From: Diplonema japonicum | Lineage: Eukaryota > Protista > Euglenozoa: Diplonemea | Assembly: GCA_964019335.1 (NCBI GenBank) | Contig: OZ025706.1 | Coordinates: forward strand, 124,001-188,000 | Direction: 5' to 3' | Length of the DNA stretch: 64,000 nucleotides | In this document: in pieces, positions 33,468 through 45,213 of the stretch | How the letters are laid out: each line of letters starts with the position of its first letter | How positions within the stretch are numbered: the first letter of the stretch is position 1 | The notes under the pieces: generated by a model | The model's database searches: none | The model's input: the letters and a program-made list of their open reading frames with translations, nothing else | Told to the model about the DNA's origin: nothing | Position numbers and translations under genes: made by a program

Positions 33468-34770
33468 CAGCAACAGTTATACGAGGTGGTACCGGAGTGA
33501 GTGTTAGTTTTCGTTCATTTTTTTCATTTTTTTTTTTCTTGTTTGCTCATTTTTGTTTCTCCTTTTTTTTTTCCCCATGTTTAACAGGATGATGTGTCAT
33601 ACGGTTCTTTTTCTTTCTTGTTTGCGTTTTGAGAAAATAACAATGTAACAAAATACCCTCTTTTTTTTTCCTCTCGTTTCTTTCCGCTTCCTCTCATTTC
33701 TAGTGTTTCTTTTTGTTTTAATTTCTAGAAAGAGGACAGAAGGGAAGAATAAGATAGGAATAGAAGAAGAAAAAAAAAAAAGAGGGGTAAAAAAAACTTT
33801 TTTGGCGCTTTGTTTTTTTTTTTCTTTTTCTTTTAGCTGATTTTACGCGTTGCATAAAATTCGACTAACTGCGCTGCAAAAAAATAAAAAAAAAAAAATA
33901 AAAAAAAAAAAAAAAAAAAGAATAGTCTGGTACTGACAAAATATTGTTAATACAATTAATAAAACATAAAAAAGTTCTTGACACATGTCTCTTGTTCGCA
34001 CGAGTAAAAACAAGAAAAGCTTTCTTGTTTTTTTTTTTCTTTTTTTTTTCCTCCGTTTCTTTTTCATTCTTTCTCGGGCACAAGTTTTGCGTAAGGTTAA
34101 ATAAAAAATATTTCTTTTTTGTAGAGATAAAATTGAAAAAGAGAGAGAGGTAGGATTTTTCGGGGAGGGGGGCACAGAGAAAAGGCGGGCGCGACTGACT
34201 TGCACCGTCCATGGCCCTGCGGGGGAGGTTTTTTTTTTTTTTTTTTTTTTTTGCGATTAAGCTTTCTTTGTAGAATCCTGCTCAGATGCGAGGGGCATAA
34301 GCGGCTTACCAAGACGCAGGTGACCGAGCTCTGCAATGGGGATAGGGGCAAAATACCCAACTTCAACAGTTTCCGTCGCGCAACTCATTGGCATGGGCTG
34401 TTTTGTCATTTTTCTTTTCTTTTTTTTTTTTTTTTTTTTTTTTTTTTCCCACCAGTAAACTGTGATATGTTGATGTAAAGCAAAATTAAATACAAAAAAA
34501 AAAAAAGAAAAAAGTTTACCTCATTAGATAGAAGGTATTTAAAAGAGAGTACACAAAGAATCTTACTGTAGACCTACTATGCATTGTATAAGAGAGGGAA
34601 TTAATGTTCTGTCATCTGTTCCTCTTTTTTTTTTTTTTTCTTTGCACCCCATTGGGTATTGTATAATTAGGAACATGCAAAAAAAGAAGCGGAAAAAAAA
34701 AAAGAGATTAAAAAGAGATTTGGCAGCTTTGTGCAAAAGCACGACTCTTTTAGCAATAAGTTCACTTGGG

Positions 34771-34806
<36 letters not shown>

Positions 34807-35011
34807 CTTTTTGACGCACGATGCGAATGTGGGTCTGCAGGAATACCCTCGGATCCGATTGTTTGCGCCAATAGACCGGAGGGAGGACGTCAAGAAGGGT
34901 TTCCAGGGGGAAAAAAAAAAAGAAAAAAAAAAAAAAAAGATAGGGAACCTGCAGTATGTGACAGGATCGCCTAAAAAAAAAAAAAAAAATGGAAACAAAA
35001 AAAATATATTT

Positions 35012-35638
35012 TTAGACCTCCTTCATGACCTTTACATCGTAAGGTTCGGACTTCTCAGAAAGTCGCTCAGACTTGATTTCGCAGTACACATCATCGTCAT
35101 CAGGACAAGAAACAGACTCTTTGTACTGCAGGAGTGCAAGAACACCTTGAAGGACACTGACCACAACGACGAAGCCGAAGGACCAGTAAAGGTCGAATTC
35201 ACTTTTAAGGCTGGTGGAGTAGTAGTGGTTTGCCTTTCGTGTGTAGAGGGTCGCCATCAAGATCCACGTCAGGCATGTGAAGAAGGACCCGCAGGCATGT
35301 GCTATCATCTTCAGCTTGTTGTACTCCTGTTCACCTTTCGCGTCATACACGCTGACAAGAGCCGCCACCGTCATGGGCACCATCGCAAAGCAGGAAAACA
35401 CCGCAAGTGCATAGTAGTGCGACAACCCATACGCGGAAGCCTCACCATATCTACCGTGCTCCAGGAAGCCCTTCAGATCCGTATCGCAGCTGGAGTCTGA
35501 GGTAAAGATCCCCATGTGGCAGTCTGATGCCCAGCTGGACGACCTCTTCAAATACCCGTGCTGGAGGATTGACACAAAGTACACCACCCACGATGCGAAA
35601 GAGAATCCCGCAAGGATCAGCTGCATGTTTGCCACCAT
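35012..35638 (-). CDS. Four-TM amastin/claudin-like protein, copy 2
   Basis: Same 4-TM layout and DCHMGIFT..C / FDLYWSFG motifs; start MVANMQ at 35638. Confidence 0.82.
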   Translation of the reverse strand: MVANMQLILAGFSFASWVVYFVSILQHGYLKRSSSWASDCHMGIFTSDSSCDTDLKGFLEHGRYGEASAYGLSHYYALAVFSCFAMVPMTVAALVSVYDAKGEQEYNKLKMIAHACGSFFTCLTWILMATLYTRKANHYYSTSLKSEFDLYWSFGFVVVVSVLQGVLALLQYKESVSCPDDDDVYCEIKSERLSEKSEPYDVKVMKEV

Positions 35639-36042
35639 TTTGTTGGAAAAGAAATTTGTCGGAAAAAAAAAAATCTGTGATTTTGGATTTAGCACAACAA
35701 AAAAAAAAAAATAAAAATAAAAAAAAGAGGAATAAAAAAAAAGTCTTACTTGTAGACTTACTGGAAGAAAATGAAAAATCAGTGGCAACAAGTCACCGAA
35801 TAAAAAATAAAAATAAAAGAGAGAGAGAGACATCCCCTAGACTTTGCCTGGGTATTATTAGATATATGGTAAGTGGAAAAAAAAAAAAAGTAGAACTAGG
35901 CAAAAAAAAAAAAGAAGATTCGTTCCTTGTTGATTTGCAGTGGATCGCAAACAAGGTATACAAACCTTTACCCGATAAGAGGGTTATCTTTGTGTGGCGT
36001 TGTAATTGAGAGAAAGTGAATAAACCAATCGATTTCAGAGCA

Positions 36043-36717
36043 TCACTCTTCTTGGATATTCGTTGTAGCCTCAGTGGTGCCGTAAGAAACCTTCGCATCA
36101 GTAACTAGAGACTCAGGCTTCTTCACAGGAACCGAAATGACCTTTTCGTCTTCCCGGAACTGGACGAAGGCAAGAACACCTTGAAGGACACTGACCACAA
36201 CGATGAAGCCGAAGGACCAGTAAAGGTCGAATTCACTTTTAAGGCTGGTGTAGCAGTAGTTGCTTGACTTGCGGGTGTAGAGGGTCGCCATCAAGATCCA
36301 CGTCAAGCATGTGAAGAAGGACCCGCAGGCATGTGCTATCATCTTCAGCTTGTTGTACTCCTGTTCACCTTTCGCGTCATACACGCTGACAAGAGCCGCC
36401 ACCGTCATGGGCACCATCGCAAAGCAGGAAAACACCGCAAGTGCATAGTAGTGCGACAACCCATCCTCAGAGCACTCACCATATCTACCGTGCTTCAGGA
36501 AGCCCTTCAGATCCGTCTCGCAGCTGGAGTCTGAGGTAAAGATCCCCATGTGGCAGTCTGATGCCCAGCTGGACGACCTCTTCAAGTACCCGTGCTGGAG
36601 GATTGACACAAAGTACACCACCCACGATGCGAAAGAGAGGCCTGCAAGGGCGACGGGCCTCCTTGATGCCCAGTCGCAGAACCCGTTAAGGATCTGATGC
36701 ATGTTGTTTGCCACCAT
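36043..36717 (-). CDS. Four-TM amastin/claudin-like protein, copy 3
   Basis: Intact 224-aa ORF; core nearly identical to copies 2 and 4. Confidence 0.82.
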   Translation of the reverse strand: MVANNMHQILNGFCDWASRRPVALAGLSFASWVVYFVSILQHGYLKRSSSWASDCHMGIFTSDSSCETDLKGFLKHGRYGECSEDGLSHYYALAVFSCFAMVPMTVAALVSVYDAKGEQEYNKLKMIAHACGSFFTCLTWILMATLYTRKSSNYCYTSLKSEFDLYWSFGFIVVVSVLQGVLAFVQFREDEKVISVPVKKPESLVTDAKVSYGTTEATTNIQEE

Positions 36718-36939
36718 TGTTGAAAGATTGTTGGAAACCTGTTGGAAAAGAATGGGAAGATGGGGAGGAGATGGAAAAAAAGAAAAGAAACAAAAAAGCT
36801 AGGAAGCAGGGAGGGGAAAAAAAAGAAGAAGAAAAGGGAAGAGAGAATCTGGAGTCTTACTGTAGACTTACTGGATGAAAGAGAGAGAAGAAAAAAAAAA
36901 AAAAGCTCATTATATTTTGTAGCTGCGGCTGCGGCCGAC

Positions 36940-36974
<35 letters not shown>

Positions 36975-37177
36975 TAAGCAAACGATGTCATGTCGAAAGT
37001 GCTGGCGCTCATATTGTTAAATAAGAGATACACTCATAAAAATAAAAAAAAAGAGTCGGTTGATTGTTGTTTGTGCACAGCCGTGGAAATTAACCTGTAG
37101 AAGGATAAGTACAACAATGTCACCACTACTCTTTTTAGCAATAACAATTCATCAATACATTGTTTTTCTTGTTCAAT

Positions 37178-37211
<34 letters not shown>

Positions 37212-37322
37212 TCGGCTGATTGTTTGTGCAAGCCGTTTTCACGTACAGTAGGGGTAAACGGACAAGCTGCCTCTACTCTTTTTTGCAATAACAATTCTTT
37301 TCAAAAATTTGTTTACTTGTTC

Positions 37323-37353
<31 letters not shown>

Positions 37354-38665
37354 CTCAAAGTACAGGACAAGCCCCCCGCTAGAGGGCCGCCCTATGGGAG
37401 GGGGGGGGTCTATCTGTTAATACTCCCCTTCTGGAGCATTGCTTTCATCCCGATTGTGGCTGCGAGCGTCTTGCGGAGTCGTGTGATGCGATCCCGCTTG
37501 TAGGCGGCCTTCAAATCCATCAGCTTGTCGTGCGTGGACTGGGTAGCAAAAATGGGCCTCCTGGAGAAGCCTATAGCTGCCTTTCCTCCTATGGCGATGA
37601 GGGATTTCACCCTTTTCTGCTCATCCGCTGGGAAGGGGCGTCGCTTCTTCCGTGCCCTGCACGCTGCGTTTATCTTTACGATTAGGGCCTTGATTCTGCG
37701 TGCCCTATCTTCCAGCAGGCCTCCTAATGATTTACCGGTCGTCCATTCGAAGTCAATGGCTAGCTCCACCGCCGACACCTCCGAGGCGGTGTCCTTCTCC
37801 ACCCAGCGCAGCTGTGACAACCATTGTAGCAGTGGGTTCAGGTACTGGGACAGGACCCCACCCACTCCCTCGAGCTCGCCTGCTATCGGAACGGGGTATC
37901 TCTTTCCTACTACATTTCGTTCCCACGGTAGCGGCTGTGTGTTGACGTCCTCCTTCTGCATGAGCTCCACGTCCCGCTTCTCAACCACCACGGCCAAGTA
38001 TCGTTGCAGTTTTTCCAGGTATGCAAAGGCATGTCCTCTCGGCAGTATTGCGTGTAGCTCAAGACACAGGGGCCATCCCGTCCTGTCGCGCAGCGGTTCT
38101 AAACCGTCCTGTGCCAGCTCGTCCCGTGCGCAGGCACACTCGTAAAGCTGATGGCGGAGTAAGGTTACCGTGTCCGGGTGTGGTGACTCACACAGGTCAC
38201 ACCTGAACCCTTGTGTGCGTGGTACTTCCGTCGTTGGGACGTGGTCTATGCTGTCCCCGTCTTCCTCGGTGCCATCTCCTTCTGGTGCCAGGGGGACGCT
38301 CCTTTGACTCGTACCTGCATGCGGGCTAAGGTCCTTGGCTGTCTTCCACAGTTGGTTGGTTTTGGGATCCGCTCCCGCCTCCATCCCCTTCACTGTGCTT
38401 CTTTCGTTCGCCAGTGACCTGCTCCGGGCTTTCCTCACCGCGTCCCTAAAGGCGTGCCCGCGCTCGGCCCAGGGTTTGTTCCTACAGTCTAGCAGCTGCG
38501 TCCAGTTCCACCCTATGTAGGGGAGCCACCGACATATCAGGTTGCCTACTGGCCCCATTGGGATGGACCCCGTGCCGCACCCCGCAGCGATCCGTGTGCA
38601 TCTCTGTCGCAGTCTCTCGTCGTCAAGCGCTCTGGACACTACCTTCAGGGAGTGGTATATCACAT
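37354..38665 (-). mobile_element. 5'-truncated non-LTR retrotransposon (LINE) fragment: ORF C-terminus plus 3' UTR
   Basis: 417-codon open frame without a credible start; CDLC..HQLYEC CCHC knuckle typical of the post-RT region; same 3' end at 16123, 59521 and probably 58863. No RT motifs are present, so the class is inferred. Confidence 0.7.
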
Positions 38666-38793
38666 AGAAAAAAAAAAAAAACTCAAATTGGCATGCTGTG
38701 AAGGGACATCATTTTTGCTCTGCGTAAGAGCTGCACAGGGAATAAGGCTCCTGGACCGAACCTTGGTGGCAGTACTAGGTAAAAAAAGATTGT

Positions 38794-39477
38794 TTAAATG
38801 ACTTTCACGCACTCTTCCGGCAAAGCCTTCGTGGCCACAGGAGTGCCGTAAGAAACCTTCGCATCAGGAACATCAGCAACAAAAGACTCGGGCACAGTCA
38901 CAGGAATCGAAACAACCTTTTGGACGAAGGCAAGAACACCTTGAAGGACACTGACCACAACGACGAAGCCGAAGGACCAGTAAAGGTCGAATTCACTTTT
39001 AAGGCTGGTGTAGCAGTAGTTGCTTGACTTGCGGGTGTAGAGGGTCGCCATCAGGATCCACGTCAGGCATGTGAAGAAGGACCCGCAGGCATGTGCTATC
39101 ATCTTCAGCTTGTTGTACTCCTGTTCACCTTTCGCGTCATACACGCTGACAAGAGCCGCCACCGTCATGGGCACCATCGCAAAGCAGGAAAACACCGCAA
39201 GTGCATAGTAGTGCGACAACCCATCCTCAGAGCACTCACCATATCTACCGTGCTTCAGGAAGCCCTTCAGATCCGTATCGCAGCTGGAGTCTGAGGTAAA
39301 GATCCCCATGTGGCAGTCTGATGCCCAGCTGGACGACCTCTTCAAATACCCGTGCTGGAGGATTGACACAAAGTACACCACCCACGATGCGAAAGAGAGG
39401 CCTGCAAGGGCGACGGGCCTCCTTGATGCCCAGTCGCAGAACCCGTTAAGGATCTGATGCATGTTGTTTGCCACCAT
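38794..39477 (-). CDS. Four-TM amastin/claudin-like protein, copy 4
   Basis: Near-identical to copy 3 up to TM4, different tail; start MVANNM at 39477. Confidence 0.82.
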   Translation of the reverse strand: MVANNMHQILNGFCDWASRRPVALAGLSFASWVVYFVSILQHGYLKRSSSWASDCHMGIFTSDSSCDTDLKGFLKHGRYGECSEDGLSHYYALAVFSCFAMVPMTVAALVSVYDAKGEQEYNKLKMIAHACGSFFTCLTWILMATLYTRKSSNYCYTSLKSEFDLYWSFGFVVVVSVLQGVLAFVQKVVSIPVTVPESFVADVPDAKVSYGTPVATKALPEECVKVI

Positions 39478-39832
39478 TGTTGAAAGATTGTTGGAAACCT
39501 GTTGGAAAAGAATGGGAAGATGGGGAGGAGATGGAAAAAAAAGAAAATACCCAAAAAAAGCTAGGAAAAAGGGAATCAAAAAAAACTTTTTTTAATATGT
39601 TTAGCCTCGAAAATAATATTGTTATAATAAAAAAAAAGTTAAAAAAAAGTTAAAAAAAAACAGTTTTGTCGCTTGTTTGTTGTAAGCTCACAACGATCTT
39701 GTTGCACAAATGTGTAAACCTGTTCAAAGACATGGCGAGTCGTCAAAAGGTAGTAGCAGCGCAATAACGCATCCTGGAGTTGGTTCTTTGTTTTTTCCTT
39801 TCTCTTCTTTCTTTGACAACTACAAGTTTATG

Positions 39833-40330
39833 TTCACGCACTCTTCTGGAGGAGTGCCGTAAGAAACCTTCGCATCAGGAACAAGACTCGGGCACCGAGA
39901 TGGATCACAGCGATGAAGCCGAAGGACCAGCACAGATCGATTTCACCTTTAAGGCTGGTTGCATGTGTAGAGGGTCGCCATCAGGATCCACGTCAGGCGT
40001 CTTCATGTGCTGTCATCTTCAGCTTGTTGTACTCCTGTTCACGAGATCCCACCGTCATGGGCACCATCGCAAAGCAGGAAAACACCGCAAGTGCATAGTA
40101 GTGCGACAACCCATACGCGGAAGCCTCACCATATCTACCGTGCTCCAGGAAGCCCTTCAGATCCGTATCGCAGCTGGAGTCTGAGGTAAAGATCCCCATG
40201 TGGCAGTCTGATGCCCAGCTGGACGACCTCTTCAAGTACCCGTGCTGGAGGATACGATGCGAAGAGCGGCCTGCAAGAGTGACGGGCCTCTTTAACAACA
40301 TCACAGAACTCGTGCATTACGTCCATTCTC
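39833..40330 (-). pseudogene. Tetraspan pseudogene with multiple internal deletions
   Basis: Blocks identical to copy 2 (ILQHGY..AMVPMTV) separated by deletions in TM1, TM2-3, loop 2 and TM4 with frameshifts; tail resembles copy 4. Confidence 0.85.
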
Positions 40331-40555
40331 CTGGTAAGAGTATCATCAGTAGGGGGGGGGGGGGGGGGGGGGGTTCTCTTTATTTTAACTACTACTAAAG
40401 AAGAAGAAAAAAAAAACAGAAGGAAAGCCTTTGGTAAATCAACAACAAAAAAAATATAATGAAATGCGAAAAAAGGGGTATAGAAATACATATAAAAAAA
40501 CTGTACAAAAAACAAAACAAGGAACCCCCCCCCCCCCCCCCCCCCTCCCACCCGG

Positions 40556-41848
40556 TCAAATTTGTGGCCTGCTATCGGACCAGGTTTCAACAAAAGAACG
40601 CCACGGTGTGGGGGGTTCGGACGGAGGCCCTTCCCCCAACCGGGTTTTTGTCTGCGACAATGAGGACGAAAGATTGTTAATACGCGAGGTGGCCTCCTCG
40701 GCCGTGCTCTCAGGGAGGGGTATTCTTTCTTGAATCTGCCTCCTTCTACTTGAATTCATTACCCGCCTATCGACCGACATCACCCTCTCATACTCATTTA
40801 CATAATGCGCCCAGAATTCCTTCTGCACCCATTCGGCATCCTGCTGTCTCTCCGAGAATGAGATATCAGGTGAGAGATTGAGATTGTCATCAACTGGTGA
40901 AGGTGATTTCTGAGGAGCAGTATGGGGTGGAAGGTCGTTCTGTGGTGAGTACCCAGCAGGTCCTCCCCACGAGGACCGTAGTGATGTAGCAAGATACGCG
41001 TTACCCGCTGCCTGGTAAGGATCCGTGTCGTCGATTGGTTTCCGTCCCCCACCGTCTTCCAGCCTTCGCATTTGGTATTCCATCAGCAAAACGTGGTTTT
41101 GAAGCAAACGCTGTTGTTGAGACTGCATTTCCTGAATATCTTTAATATGAGAAATTGTTTCTGCAACAGAAGCCTTGTTGACAACAGGGCCTGGTGTTGA
41201 CATGGGTGGTGTCGTAGATGAAGGTAGATCTTTAACGTGATTCTGATGTGGAGTTGGGGGCGACGGTGATCTCGCAACTCGTATAGGCTGCCATTCCGAT
41301 GTGAAGGCACGCTTGTGAATGGACTGATCTCGAAGGTTTGCGTGTTGTGCGAGATCGTCATCCGCAGACCGTTCGGTGACGGGAATGTTTCTTTGAAAAA
41401 GTTCGAACACGACACGCTGTAGGACCCACAGCAGCTCTTCGATAGATTTGCTTTGATTGGCAGCCGTGCTATTGTCGGTTTGTTGGATCAGCGCGTCTCC
41501 GTGTCCTGATGAGGTTCGGATCAGCATTTGCTTTTGTATCAAATCCCCGAAGCGGACAGATTGCACGTGGATTTCAGCAATATCGCCCATCATGACTACT
41601 TGTTTTACGTATTTTGTGTCCCTTTCTATGAAGACGAGGTACCGCTCAACAACCGCGACCACCCTCGCCACTGCTCCCAGTATAGTGCCGTTGCTTTTGT
41701 CGATTTTTTCCATAACCTTCACGAAGAGTAGTCTTGGGTGGCTAAAATGTTGCAGCCCTGGGGGTGGGTGGATTCTTGGGATTGATAGGTTTTTCCCTCT
41801 GCCTCCCATCATCATCACTGTGCTGCCGCGGCTGGAAGGTGATTGCAT
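40556..41848 (-). CDS. Hypothetical protein with N-terminal PH/TH1-like beta domain, short coiled coil and disordered C-terminus
   Basis: 430-aa ORF preceded by an A-tract; VMEKIDK..RVVAVVERYLVFIE..VKQVV..IAEIHV pattern resembles myosin-TH1/PH-like domains (tentative). Confidence 0.7.
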   Translation of the reverse strand: MQSPSSRGSTVMMMGGRGKNLSIPRIHPPPGLQHFSHPRLLFVKVMEKIDKSNGTILGAVARVVAVVERYLVFIERDTKYVKQVVMMGDIAEIHVQSVRFGDLIQKQMLIRTSSGHGDALIQQTDNSTAANQSKSIEELLWVLQRVVFELFQRNIPVTERSADDDLAQHANLRDQSIHKRAFTSEWQPIRVARSPSPPTPHQNHVKDLPSSTTPPMSTPGPVVNKASVAETISHIKDIQEMQSQQQRLLQNHVLLMEYQMRRLEDGGGRKPIDDTDPYQAAGNAYLATSLRSSWGGPAGYSPQNDLPPHTAPQKSPSPVDDNLNLSPDISFSERQQDAEWVQKEFWAHYVNEYERVMSVDRRVMNSSRRRQIQERIPLPESTAEEATSRINNLSSSLSQTKTRLGEGPPSEPPTPWRSFVETWSDSRPQI

Positions 41849-41939
41849 TTTTTTTTTTAAAAGCCCTCCCCCCCCACTCTCCCCTTCCCTCTCCCCCTTT
41901 TTTTTTGGAGGTTTTTTTTTTTTTTTTGTCCCTCAGGGG

Positions 41940-41978
<39 letters not shown>

Positions 41979-42123
41979 AAAAAAAAAATCTTGCAGTCAC
42001 CCCTTTTCGCCCATTTCTTTGTACCAACACCAGAGGGGGGGCGTGGTGGGGAAAAGAAACAAAAAACTGGTAAAATGGCGTAAGAGGGAGGGGGCTGCTG
42101 CCACTATAAATAAAAAAGGGGGT

Positions 42124-42157
<34 letters not shown>

Positions 42158-43075
42158 CCCCAAAAGGAACATAAATATCAACGGTGGTGAGGGGGGTGAA
42201 CAAAATGAAGAGGTCTTTATTGCGGTGTTAATTTTTTTTTTTTCTCGCAGCTTCGTCGTTTATTTTTTATTTTTTTTTTTGTTTCACTTACCCTTCTTTT
42301 GTTTTCCCCCATTTGTCCTTTGTCTTTTTCCCTTTCCCTCCTACTCCCTCCTTGGACCCATGTATTTTTCGAAGGTGAGGAAAAAGGGGAAGAACAAAAA
42401 AAGCACAAGAAAAAAAGGGGGATAGAGGAGAAAAAGTACACCGTTGGCTAGCTGAAGGGGTGAAGGGATTTTGTTTGGGAGGGATAAAATAAAGCTCAGT
42501 ACAAAGGGAAAAAAAGAAAAATGAAGTTGGCTAGAATCAGAGGGGGTGACAGGCGTGGGGAAAAGAAAAAAAAATCGAGCCAGAAACACGAAACCAAAAA
42601 AAAAAGCGGAAAAAAATAAGGAAGAAAAAAAAGTAAAAAAAAATTAAAAAGTTGCCTTTTTTTTTTACCGTCTCGCGTTTTTTTTTTTTTTTTTTCAAAA
42701 AGCTAAGAAAAGAAAAAAAAAAAAAAGAGAAAAAAAAATTTGGGAAGGTAGAAAAAATTTCAGTTTTGTGTTTTCAGGATAAGTGGAGAGGAGGGGGGGG
42801 GGGGTGTTTTTTTATTCCCTTCCACCATCAAGAAATCAGGGGGTTAGTATATATTTTTTTTTTTTTTTTTTTCAAGAAGATAAGTTGGGTTTTGAATTTT
42901 TTTTCTTTTTTTTTTTGCTTAAGAAAAGACTACAGGGGGAGGGTTTTTCTTCCTTCCAGATGAATTGAGGGAAAAATGTTAAATTCATTTTTTCCCCTTT
43001 TTCCGAAAGGCCCACCACAACCCCAAATGCATTAAGCGGGGCGGTTAGATTGGCTATTTTTTTTTGTTTCCCTTT

Positions 43076-43106
<31 letters not shown>

Positions 43107-43116
43107 CTTGCTATTT

Positions 43117-45171
43117 TTACGCAGTCCAAGTCTTGGTCATGAAGGTGCCAATGTTTGCAGCAACCTGAGCGCTCACCTCAGTCATGGTCCGCGGGAGGCC
43201 TTCATCCTCGTCTTCTTCACGCTTTGAAGTCTTGTCGAAGTGCATCTTGATCACAAACTCCATGCCGCCTGCCTGCACGGTCATCCCATTGAGAACAGAG
43301 CAGGCCACGAGGGCGTCCTCGGTAGTCTCCATCACAACAGAGGCACCACCAGGCCCTGTCACGTTGGCCCCCTTCACCCTCCCGTAGGTCCCGTCAAGCG
43401 TCTTCCCCTTCGTCGAGAAGAGCGTCACAAGGTCGTCCCCGCTCACCCCCTCTGGGACATCCCACAACACCAGGCTGTCGCAAGGCTTTGCGAGGTTGTA
43501 AGCAGGCGGTGAAGGCGGCTGTGGTGTGAGGTTTTGTTTTTGTTTCGTTTCGTTCTCCTTTTCTCAACACACCGTCTCGTTCGTGAGGACTGTGCACATC
43601 CTCGACTCCAGCTCAGTGTTCGCACCGCTCCAGTGCATCGCGTTCGCGTTCTTGCTCTGCTTGACATCCCACTTCGCCCCCCACAAGGGGACGGCAGACA
43701 GGTGCTCGATGCACGCCTTCGCGTACTCACTGCTCTTGAACTGCACGATCGCCGACCCCTCGTACTTGAACAGCATCTTCACAGCCACGATGTCCCCGTA
43801 CATCCCGCACAGCTTCCACAGCTGGTTCGCACTGAACCCCCCGTGCTTGTCCACCCCGGTCAGCTTCTCTTCGATGTCCTTGTCAGTTGTGATCTTGCTG
43901 ATGTGCACGCAGTCGCCCACCTGTAGGGAGGAAAAGGTTTCGATTGGATACGGATCAAAAAGGCCCAACCCTCCAATTATTCTTCATTTCTTTTTTCTTC
44001 ACACACCTGACCCTCGGGAATCCCTCGCTGGGGTCCGCTCGTGTCCACAGGGATCTGTCCTTGGAACTGCGACTCCTGATGGGGGGGTTGTTTTGTTTTG
44101 TTTTGTTTTGTTTTGTTTTGTTTTGTTATTTTTTCTTTTCTTCTCTTTTCAAAAAAAAAAAAAAAAACACAAACCTGTTGGGGGTCAAGCCAACCCTCAC
44201 CAAGCACCCACACTCCCCACAGGAAGTCCCTGATCCTCCACTGCCACATCTGACCGAGCTGTGTCAGGGCAGAGCGGATGTCGATCTGGCTCAGTCGTGC
44301 CTGTTGTTTGTTGTTTGTTGTATCCCCCCCCCCCCCCCCCCCCCCCCTCCTCCTCCTCCTCCTCCTCCTCTAACACACCTGCACGAACTGCCATTTCAAG
44401 GTCTCGTTGATCTGGGAGTAGTCCCTGTTCTTCTGGTCCTGGTTCTTGAAGGTGAGCTCAGGGAGCTTTGAAGGAACGATCGCGAGCTGTGGTGTGGTGT
44501 TTTCATTCCATTGTGTGGTTCTATACCTGACAGCTTCCCGTACCAGGCGTGCCGTTCGGGGTCTGGGGAGGGCTGCTGAACTTGATGTTCCTGCCGTTCA
44601 AGTATGCCATTGCCTGCGGGTGTGTATTTGGTTGTTTGTCCTGTACACATACCGTGCTCGCCTGTTCCTGGCTCGCGTACTGCACAAGGACCTGGTTCTT
44701 GAGGTTCTTCGTGAAGGAGGAGAGCTTCTCGACCGTCCCGAACTGGGAGAAGATCCAGAAGAGCTCGTCCATCATGATGGTGGCGCTGAGGTTCTTGAGG
44801 ACAACGAGAAGGATCCTGGTCTGCGAGGTAGGGATCTGGTTCCTCGCTCGCGGCTGCGCTCGGATCTCTTGCTTGTCCGAGTAGATGAGGTTCAAGAGGT
44901 GCGTCCCGTCGGGCCTCCTCATGCACACCTGGTCGGGGCTGCTGATGTACAGGTCCATGATGTGCCTCGCCTCCTCGATGTCCCCCATCTGCACAAACCC
45001 GATCATGCGGTCCGTCAGCAGCAGCGACTTGATGCATGACGTGTTTCGTGTCGCCCCGTCCCTGTCCGTGAAGGTGTAGCTCTTCGCCCATGCCTCAAGG
45101 TCCTTCTCCGTCACCCCAGAAGGCACGCTGCGGATCATCAGCACAGGGCTCGCAGTCATGACCCCAGACAT
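43117..45171 (-). CDS. PTB/hnRNP-L-like multi-RRM protein, copy 1; 7 exons (45171-44653, 44613-44527, 44486-44379, 44300-44175, 44075-44007, 43920-43573, 43518-43117), 552 aa
   Basis: RRM motifs SPVLMIRSVP, RILLVVLKNL..LFWIFSQFGTVEK..QVLVQY, LAIVPSK..NRDYS, LWKLCGMYGDIVAVKML..AIVQF; six GT-AG introns give one continuous frame. Confidence 0.85.
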
Positions 45172-45213
45172 TTCTGAGTGTTTGTTCTTTCTGTGAGAAA
45201 TATAGTTATCCCG

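Noticed and set aside
37045-37300. Two diverged ~100-bp direct repeats next to the LINE fragment
   Set aside because: Looks like an ordinary local duplication; no structure or coding signal.
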